Notes under the pieces: model-generated
Database searches by the model: none
What the model was told of the DNA's origin: nothing
What the model saw: the letters and a program-made list of their open reading frames with translations, nothing else
NCBI GenBank assembly: GCA_051942205.1
Contig: JAVECO010000154.1
Coordinates: 1 to 57,767 of the forward strand
Direction: 5' to 3'
Origin: Coniocarpon cinnabarinum
Taxonomy: Eukaryota
DNA: 57,767 nt
Translations under genes and position numbers: made by a program
In this document: positions 49,868-57,767 of the stretch, piece by piece
Layout of the letters: the number at the start of each line of letters is the position of its first letter
How positions within the stretch are numbered: the first letter of the stretch is position 1

Positions 49868-51451
49868 ATGCTGGCGCTTCGAGACGAGGGATTTCGCATC
49901 ATCTATCTTTTGCTCTTCTTGCCACTTACCGGGAGTCTTATCTATCTCAGTTATTCCGAATATCAACATCGCAAATTTGGCCGCAAACACAATTGTGTAG
50001 ACCCACCAACAGTCCAGAACAATCATTTGCCATTTGGCTTGGAGCACATCTTGAACGAGTTGAAGATCATCAGAGAGCACAGGAAGGATGAAAGCACCAA
50101 AGCACAAAGTTAAATCTATGGAGCTACGTATCAGTCCAAGTTTATCAGTGGGACAAAACATATCACGACTGTCGAGCCGGCCAATGTCAAAGCAGTATGG
50201 ACAACAAATTTCTCGTCATGGGGTGTCGAGCCCATGCGTTTGTTCGCTTTCCGACCCTTCATCGGTCCAGGTGTGCTCATCACTGATGGACATGCTTGGA
50301 GGCCAGCCAGAAATCTGCTGCAACCAGCATTCACCAGAGCGCAGATAGCTGATTTGAGATTACTCAAAATCCATGTTGACAGGTTGCTCGCTGTTCTGAT
50401 TGCCAACCGAGGCACGATTGACCTGCAACCACTTTTCCACCAATATGGCCTCGACATTTCCTCTGAATTCATTTTTGGAAAATCCGTCGCGTCGCTAGAC
50501 CCGCATACAGATCCAAAGGACAAAGAACGCGCGAGGTTATTCCTGGAGGCTGTAGATTACTGTCAAACTGCGGTCGGAAAACGCATGCGACTGCCACACA
50601 TCAATATTCTCACGCTTGACCCTAGATTTTGGCAAGCTTGTCGCTTAGTTCGCTCATACATACGGTCACGGGTGCAACAGGTCACGGCCGATTATGCTAA
50701 TATGCAGAGCGGTCAGCACTCGGGCTCAACGAGGTACATCCTCGCACTCGAGCTTTGTAAAGAAACCAAAGATGAGAAAGTGATGCAGAATCAGCTTCTG
50801 AATGTCTTCATCCCGGCGCATGGTGCTGCAGCAACGACCCTGATGAACTGTTTCTTCCTTCTTGCTCGACACCCCAAGGTCTACAAGAAGCTTCGCGACG
50901 AAGTTCTGAGCACAGTGACAGATCTCGACGAAAATCTGCAAAGCTCTGAAACCATTTTCGTCCAACTGAAAGCTCTGAAATACCTCCAGTGGGTTATCAG
51001 TGAGACCCTGAGGCTGCATCCTCCTATCGGTACGATCAGTCGAGTCGCCAAAACAGCGTCGTTGCTACCAATAGCGGGCGATGATGCAATCAGGCGCTTT
51101 AGACCTGCTCTGATCAACAAAGGAGACACCGTGTCCGTAAGTTTGTATGCGTTACATCGGAGAACGGACATATTTGGAGACGATGCAGACAGCTTTCGCC
51201 CTGAAAGGTGGCAACATCTGAGGCCTCCCTATTGGGCGTTCGCTCCTTTTGGAGGAGGACCACGTCATTGCCCAGGTCAGCAGCTCGCCCTCGTGGAGAT
51301 CAGCTACACCATCGCGACAATTGTGCAAACTTTTTCAGGCATTGAGAATCGCGATCCCGTGAAAGATTTTGTGGAGAGGTACAGAATTAGCACGGAGAGC
51401 CGGAATGGCGCCAAAGTCTATTTCCCTGGTCAATCAACAAACGGCGCATGA
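49868..51451 (+). pseudogene. CYP52-like cytochrome P450 with premature TAA at 50111-50113
   Basis: ORFs 49856-50113 and 50234-51451 share a frame and are separated only by that stop. N-terminal TM anchor, ITTVEPANVKA, ETLR, FRPERW, heme motif FGGGPRHCPG. Confidence 0.8.
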
Positions 51452-51454
51452 CCG

Positions 51455-52971
51455 TCAAAGTTCCTGTGTATCAGAAGTGCGAATATCCTCTCCAATGGCG
51501 TTATGATTTTCATTGATCCAGTGCACCTCCATGATCCCCAGTCTGGCATTCTGAGGCTGCGAAACATTGGAAACACACAGCGCTGAGCTTGCTTTTTGCA
51601 CAAGTGAAATCCATTCGTGTAGACTTCTCAAGTTTGCATTGTGTAGTTCAAGCATGGCAAGATCTACGGTCCTAGGCAGAGTCAGCATGCGTCGGTGTAG
51701 AACGAGGGAGTACGAACGTCAACATCTTCTCCCGGGCCGAAGTGCTTAGCCCATGCGTATCAACGATATGGTCCTGGATGACCAGCGTAGCCCCGCACTT
51801 CATAGGACCCAAGAGACCACGCAGAATCTTGATTGCGTACTTGTCCGACCAGTCATGCAGGACACATCGAAGGATGTATACGTCGGCGTTGGTGACAGGT
51901 TGAAGCTCGAAAAAGTCGTGAGCCATAAATTTGACTCGGCTGGAGCGATCGTCGCCACTGTTCTCAATTCCATTGACAATCTCTGCGCGATCCTGCACGA
52001 CACAGTGCAGCTTTGGATATGTCGAGATCAACGAGAAAGCAGTCGACCCTGCAGAGCCTCCTACGTCTACCACTGTACCATTATCAACGGTTTCCCAAAG
52101 GTTGTACTTGACTAATGCCTCGAGATCTCGACCTCGAGAAGGCTCCGACCACGCCATGGCGTCTGCATAGCGCTTCGAGCGTTGAGGGTCTAGATAAATT
52201 TCGTCAAAGAAGCCTCTGATAGTATTTTTAGCAATGTTGAACCCCTGCATGTTTGTTAGAGAGCATCTACAGAACATGACATTCTTCCACCTTACCGAAT
52301 GAATTGGCTCCTCCGATTCTGGCCATCGCTGCAGAGCATTGACAGCCTAAATGGATGGCTTCAGTACACCTCCGGACTGGTAGACCTTGTCGTTGACATT
52401 ACCTGCGTTGCGGATGGCCACATTTCTTCATGAACGAAGCTCACGAAGTTCCTGAGCACGGGATCTGTGGCGAGAAGTTTGGAGGCGGCCGTATGGCAAA
52501 GGAAGCCGACAGGCTCTTCTTTTAAAAGTCTGTTAGCCACAGCATGACGGACGATCCTTCTGAGCACAGGCTCTCGGAGACCAGTCGCTCTGCTCAGATC
52601 TCCCACCGAAATCTTTGCACCCGAGTCGAGAGGTATTTTACGATCTATCTCATATGAGCATATTGCGTGGAGACTGATAGGAAGGTTGTGCTTGGTACAG
52701 TGAGTGTTTGATCTATGAACTTTTTCGACGACCAACGTACCGGCGGTAAGGTCAAAAGGCCTACGGGACCCCTCATCAATGCATGCAGCTCGTCAGTCGC
52801 TTCCAACATTTTTTGACGAGCGCCTTCTACCGCCTCGTCGAATACCATTGGCCCAGGCAGGCCGTGCTCAAACGAAGGTGCTTCGTAATCTTCGCGGCGG
52901 AGAAACGCTTCGATGATATGATGAGATTCTGAGATAGTGTCTACAAGCTGGGTTGCTCGGGTGGTCGACAT
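51455..52971 (-). CDS. SAM-dependent O-methyltransferase 2; exons 52971-52741, 52690-52403, 52346-52296, 52244-51718, 51671-51455
   Basis: ATDELHALMRGP, LRRIVRHA, HTAASKLL, RWPESEEP, VVDVGGSAG, MAHDFFELQP, RCVLHDWSDKYAIKIL, DLAMLELHNA; four GT-AG introns keep frame. Confidence 0.9.
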
Positions 52972-55076
52972 TGTGACGATGAAGCCTCTTGGAGAGCTAG
53001 AAAAGTCTACAGTCTCGATTTTGAAGATTGTGGGAGTCCTTATACAAGGACCGTCTGACGCAGTACTGCGTATGGGGCAATGCGGATACGACACATGCAT
53101 TCGTTACCTGTACAATGAGTGTCGAGCGGAGCTCAGCGTGGTCGATCATTCATGCCATGTTGCTGACCCTAACTCGCTTTGTGATCATGGGTGTGAAACT
53201 AGCGTAGAAGCAGTCTGCATGCTCGGGAAACCTCCTTCTGCCTTGTCCGGTATTTCCCCGGGATGTACGCTAATGTAGATGTCCCTATGCAGCGTGAGCT
53301 TAGGCTCTTGAGGCGTTCGGTGACGATCCCATGGGATCGTTGTCCTCCATATCTCTGCAGCTTCTGGACACTCGCCAATCTATGTCAGGAGACGAGGCTG
53401 ACTAGACTGATCTCGAATTGAGCCACTTGCTGAGTCATTCACCTAGCTTTGTTCAGACGCTATCGTTGACTGGTGGATCAGAGATACCGTGGATCATACG
53501 GCTATAGCTAGAGGCTCGCAGCGAGGTAGTAAGCTGTAGCAGCTTCTGCGACAATCATCAATCAAGGAATGGTTGTCGGCCGCTCCCCTTGTTCTCATTG
53601 CAGCCACATAAGAACTTCACCTGAGCCGCTTGTCGGACGGTTGAGCTTGGCGTAGCTGAAAGATGCGTAAGTAGAACAAGTCAAGACGTCACTCACAGAA
53701 AATGACGGCCAACAAGCTCGAATCGATCCTCTTTCGGATGTGTGTAAGAGCCTATGCAAGGGCTCTATTCTCGCAACGCAGAGGCTCGCGTTTGACAGGC
53801 GGTTTAGCGAATTTTTGATGTACGGAAGCCAAATGCAACATATTAGGATAGCTCGGAGAGTCCGTACATACTTACGTATCACTTCGTTTATTGGAGTACC
53901 GCCGAACTGGACTCTTATTTGTAGCATCATTATACAAGACGACGGATTCTAGTAGGAACTGACACTGGCCCCGCTCCTTTGCAATGTTGCGCCGAGTGGA
54001 GGACTCTGCTGTGACGGAAAATGATCACTGACCACGCACAAAGCATACCTAAAGGTCAACACTGAAATCATTGTCAAACAGAATGCATTCAAAAATGCTG
54101 AGCCTCCTCTTCTTCGCAACTTCACTCCTCTCTTTTCCTCTTCCTCGTCATGACGCGACGTGTACTTTATTCTCTTTCATCTAAGCCTTGTTGTGTACCT
54201 CGTCCACGGGTAACATCTATTCCACAAAGCTCCTCATATTCGAGCGGCTCAAAGACAGTAACCGTCGCAGCTATCATTCCTGGGATGTGTACAGCTTCCA
54301 ACAACGCCACAATGTACCCTGATACCTACAAGCGCAGCCACAAAACTGTGGATTGACTGCACTCTCAAACCGATATGGTGATACAGTCGCGTATCTCGAC
54401 AGCGATAAGCAAGCGTTACATGCCCAGGCCAGCAGAAGAAGCGAGGTTCCAGTGCGTAGCGTTAAATTCAATGGGAAATGCAGTGCCGACGTGAATCAAA
54501 CTTCATGCGTTAGAAACTAGGTCCCCTTAGACGAGCACCGCGTTGCGTTGCCACATTTCTATATCCTACGACTCGGCTGGACACCGGTGCTAAACTCCGT
54601 GCCTAATATTAGATAACATGCTAGCCTGAATCTGGTGCATTGCGCGACCCGCCATCCCTTCATTTGCTTTGTTGGCGTCGGCGTGGCCGAGTCGACCTGG
54701 AATCTGCTCCGATCTGTCTGGCCCCACTGTCGTGAAGAGGTTGACACTGTTCGTCGCGATTGCCTTCCAACGTCATTGCAGAGGATGATGTCCAAGCAAC
54801 CCATTGGGTCGAGCCTTAGGAGGAGAAGTCTGGTCTCAGAGATGTCGCTGAATACGAACGACGACATTGCATCGGACGTCTGCGTTTGACATGCCTCAAG
54901 CAAAGTGAACTACAGGTCTGAGCACAATTCAACGGAGATGTCTTCATATGTGGTAAAGAAGTTCGTTGGTGTCGCGCTAGTAGTTTCAGAATGAAGGCGC
55001 CGTGGGTGACTTTCATCACTGCTGTAGCAATTGCTTGGATCTCTCTGTTTCCGTTTACTTCCTATTCTTCTCTGCT

Positions 55077-55086
55077 TCTCCTCTCT

Positions 55087-55141
<55 letters not shown>

Positions 55142-55147
55142 ACTCTC
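55077..55147. repeat. (CT)n microsatellite upstream of the membrane-protein gene
   Basis: Read directly. Confidence 0.95.
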
Positions 55148-55236
55148 ATGTCAATTGGATCGATCCTCGAATTCAAACAAGCGAGCACAAGATGATGATC
55201 GCTACACATCAGCGCCATACTTACCCCAGACGCAAA

Positions 55237-56030
55237 ATGGGCATGCTGCTTTTGCTTGTTTCCATGTGCCTCATGGTCAAGACGTCACTAGCAGACTTCA
55301 TCAATCCGCCGGGAGTCAACTCCTCCGAGGTCCCCATTGTCTTTCCGAAACCACTCGTGATCGGACAGCAGGAGAATATCACATGGAATTTTCCGACTAA
55401 TGACCAGTATTGGTTATTGCTTTGTCAAGTCAACAACATGTCAAGCTACAGTTACGCATGCGACACCGACAGTCCTCTACAAAGTACGTATCGCCCTGAG
55501 TACAATTGAACACTCTCCCCTCAATCCCAATCATGAAACCATGTCGCGCATAGAATCGCTGACTTGTTATTACCATCTCAGTCTACCAGGCCTCGTCTGT
55601 GGAATACATTCCCGACCGAAGTTTGAACTGGAATATCACGACCCTCAAATACACACTTCAGGACTCAAATCTTTTCAGATTTACGCTCCGCAGCCCAAAG
55701 TACTGGTATTACAGCGAACATGTCGTCATTACCACACTTGACAACGTTACCGCTTTTGCCAACAACAACACGTCAGACAGCACCGCGACTGCACTGAGAA
55801 TTGGCCTCGGGGTCGGCATTGGTGTGGGACTACCAATACTGGTGGTCCTCCTTGGCGTACTTGCTTTACTACTGAAGAAGACGAGTACGTTACCGAAGAA
55901 GCGGCTGATGGACACAACACAGCAACTACCCTTAGTGAATGCGGAGAAGAATGAAGACCTTCAGTTCAAGAAGGTTGAGCTTGCTAGCCCGGATCGCACT
56001 CCGCAGGAGTTGGCAGGACACCCGCAATAA
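55237..56030 (+). CDS. Type I membrane glycoprotein; exons 55237-55483, 55582-56030
   Basis: Signal MGMLLLLVSMCLMVKTSLA then DFINPP; several NxS/T sequons; TM IGLGVGIGVGLPILVVLLGVLALLL followed by KK; intron GTACGT..CTGAC..CAG. Confidence 0.8.
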
Positions 56031-56489
56031 AGAGGAAAGAGAAGGAGACCCCAGAAGATATTTCTGGCAAAAGAACTGTCGCACTGGAATGCCGCAGACT
56101 ACTCAATGGCACCACTTGCACTTTGAGCAAGTATATCATCAGTGCACTTCAGCAATTGAAACTACGAAGATTCAAGCCTGTGGAAGATCTGGCGAATATG
56201 TCAAACGTTAGTGTCGAAGCTGTATCATGAATATTCAGTTGATCGAGTACGGCTCGTATTGCTAGGATTGTGGCTTCGAGTCGTAATAATGTCCTTGTTA
56301 CAAAACCCGCAGAGAGCGCGACTGCACGGACAAACAATTCATTCTCACGCACACACGAGTCTTCGCCTGAATCTATGAAACAAAATTGGCTCGCTCAAAA
56401 AGCCCTTGATTTAGGCTACCACAAAGCCTTCGTCACAAAGCTTGCCAATAAATTCCACTTCGTGCCCCGTTTACTACATCCCCACTCGG

Positions 56490-57767
56490 TCACGCAGTCC
56501 CATTAGTATTTTCCTCCGCTCCTTCATACGGTCGTTCCGCCTGCGGCGTAATCCGCGCAATATGCCGACGCTGGCCATCTTTCCAATCCAGCGTCGCTGA
56601 ATGCGCAGTCACGCGGTTCTATCACAGTCAGCGGCGGCCTCTCTCGTTGTGCGCGCAAAAGTACAGGGGAGAAATATTGGGAGGCAGGATCACTTACATC
56701 CCAGACCACGACAGTTCTTGGTCGCCACCGCACCCGACACTGAAAGTCCTGCCCAAAGTTGATGTGATCAAATAGGATCTTGAGCAATGCGTCTGACTCT
56801 TCCTTCTTGAAGCCAACGAGCTTCCGTGTAACTGAAACCCATTAGTCGCCACTCAAACCCTGCGCTAACGGCGACAGGTGACAGGATCAAACTCACACTG
56901 CGGATTCACATACAAGGCCTTCTGCCCCGTCGCTGGATGCGTCCTCACAACCGGATGCTCATGTGCCACCGGCTCTCTTCTGACTACGCTTTCTCGGGCG
57001 CGCGCCCCATCAGCTTGTTCGTACCCGCTATGATACGCCTTCAGCCCTTTCAAGAGATCCCTAAACTTCGGACTCAATCGCTCATACGCCTCCGTCATGC
57101 TCGAGAATAGTGTATCGCCCCCAGCCGTCGGGCCATCGAGGACATACAAAAACGTAGTACCTGGCGGCTGCGCCTCGTACGAGACGTCAGTATGCCACGC
57201 AGTGCTGTTAGTTCTTTCGGTCAAGAATTGGGACGCTGTCTTGTCAGCGGCGCCGCGATGAACGAGGTGCACTTCTGGGTGTCCTGCGGGTGCCGGAGAA
57301 GTGGGATGGACGTGCAAGCGCCCGAAGTGGGACGCAAATTCTTTGGCCTTTTCGATGGGCAAGTCCGCGAAGTCCTGGTCATAGAACGCCACGACTTTCT
57401 TCTGCGCGACGTAAAGAGCGAGTTCATCTTTTCCCTTGTCGTCCAGTTGTGAGAGTTGCAAGCCCCGCACTTCAGCGCCGATGTTGCCGGTGAGGTCTTC
57501 CGCGAAGTGGTCAATGCCGCCGGGGAAGAGATGAGGGAATTTGGGATCGGCGTTCACGCCCGGATCGTGGTGCTCGAAGGGTTCGAGCGGTGGGAGATGC
57601 ACTGATGTATCCCAGATGGGAAGGTAATTGGGATGGGACGCTGCTTTGAAGTTGCCGATACCTTTTGTTTCGTTCTCCGGGTTGTAGTCTTTCATGCTGG
57701 AGATGGCGACTTCTTTGTAGTCGAAGGGGCCCGTCGGCGGGGCTTGGACGGGGCCATGGGAAGGGGG
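56490..57767 (-). CDS. TauD/TfdA-family alpha-ketoglutarate-dependent (sulfonate) dioxygenase, 5' end at or beyond window; exons >57767-56897, 56831-56698, 56618-56490
   Basis: IGAEVRGLQLSQL, HFGRLHVHP, Fe-ligand WHTDVSYEAQPPG, GGDTLF, HPVVRTHP, VWDNRVTAHSA, RRHIARITP; frame open to the window edge. Confidence 0.93.

Noticed and set aside
55217..55226. ATACTTACC, matching the U1 snRNA 5' end
   Set aside because: No U1 stem-loops or Sm site follow; it lies in the leader of a protein gene.
54991..55236. Hydrophobic LSLSLS N-terminal extension of the membrane protein
   Set aside because: Translation of a (CT)n microsatellite; the ATG at 55237 gives a normal signal peptide.

Overview
Intron-containing filamentous ascomycete (Pezizomycotina-type) genomic DNA; no bacterial features, tRNA, rRNA or CRISPR seen. 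The first ~42 kb carry housekeeping genes that I rebuilt by hand-splicing: an Ariadne/RBR E3 ligase, zeta-COP (RET3), RQC2/NEMF, MSH2, AIP1, an EI24-family membrane protein and secreted proteins. Between them lie accessory sequences: a three-exon putative amidoligase with long structured introns, two tandem Ser/Thr-rich cell-wall-protein paralogues, and several TpA-rich RIP-like gene relics. After a microsatellite-rich boundary at ~42.2-44.1 kb there is a secondary-metabolism-like tailoring block with no backbone enzyme in view: a PTH11-like membrane protein, two O-methyltransferases and a CYP52-like P450 that has a premature TAA and an atypical I-helix. A type I membrane protein and a TauD-family dioxygenase (truncated by the window edge) follow. 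I found no unambiguous new biological system. The best leads are the ATG-less in-frame N-terminal extension of the Ariadne ligase, the amidoligase with its structured introns, the orphan and possibly decaying tailoring cluster, and RIP-like decay of non-transposon genes. All family calls are motif recognition by eye, not database searches.
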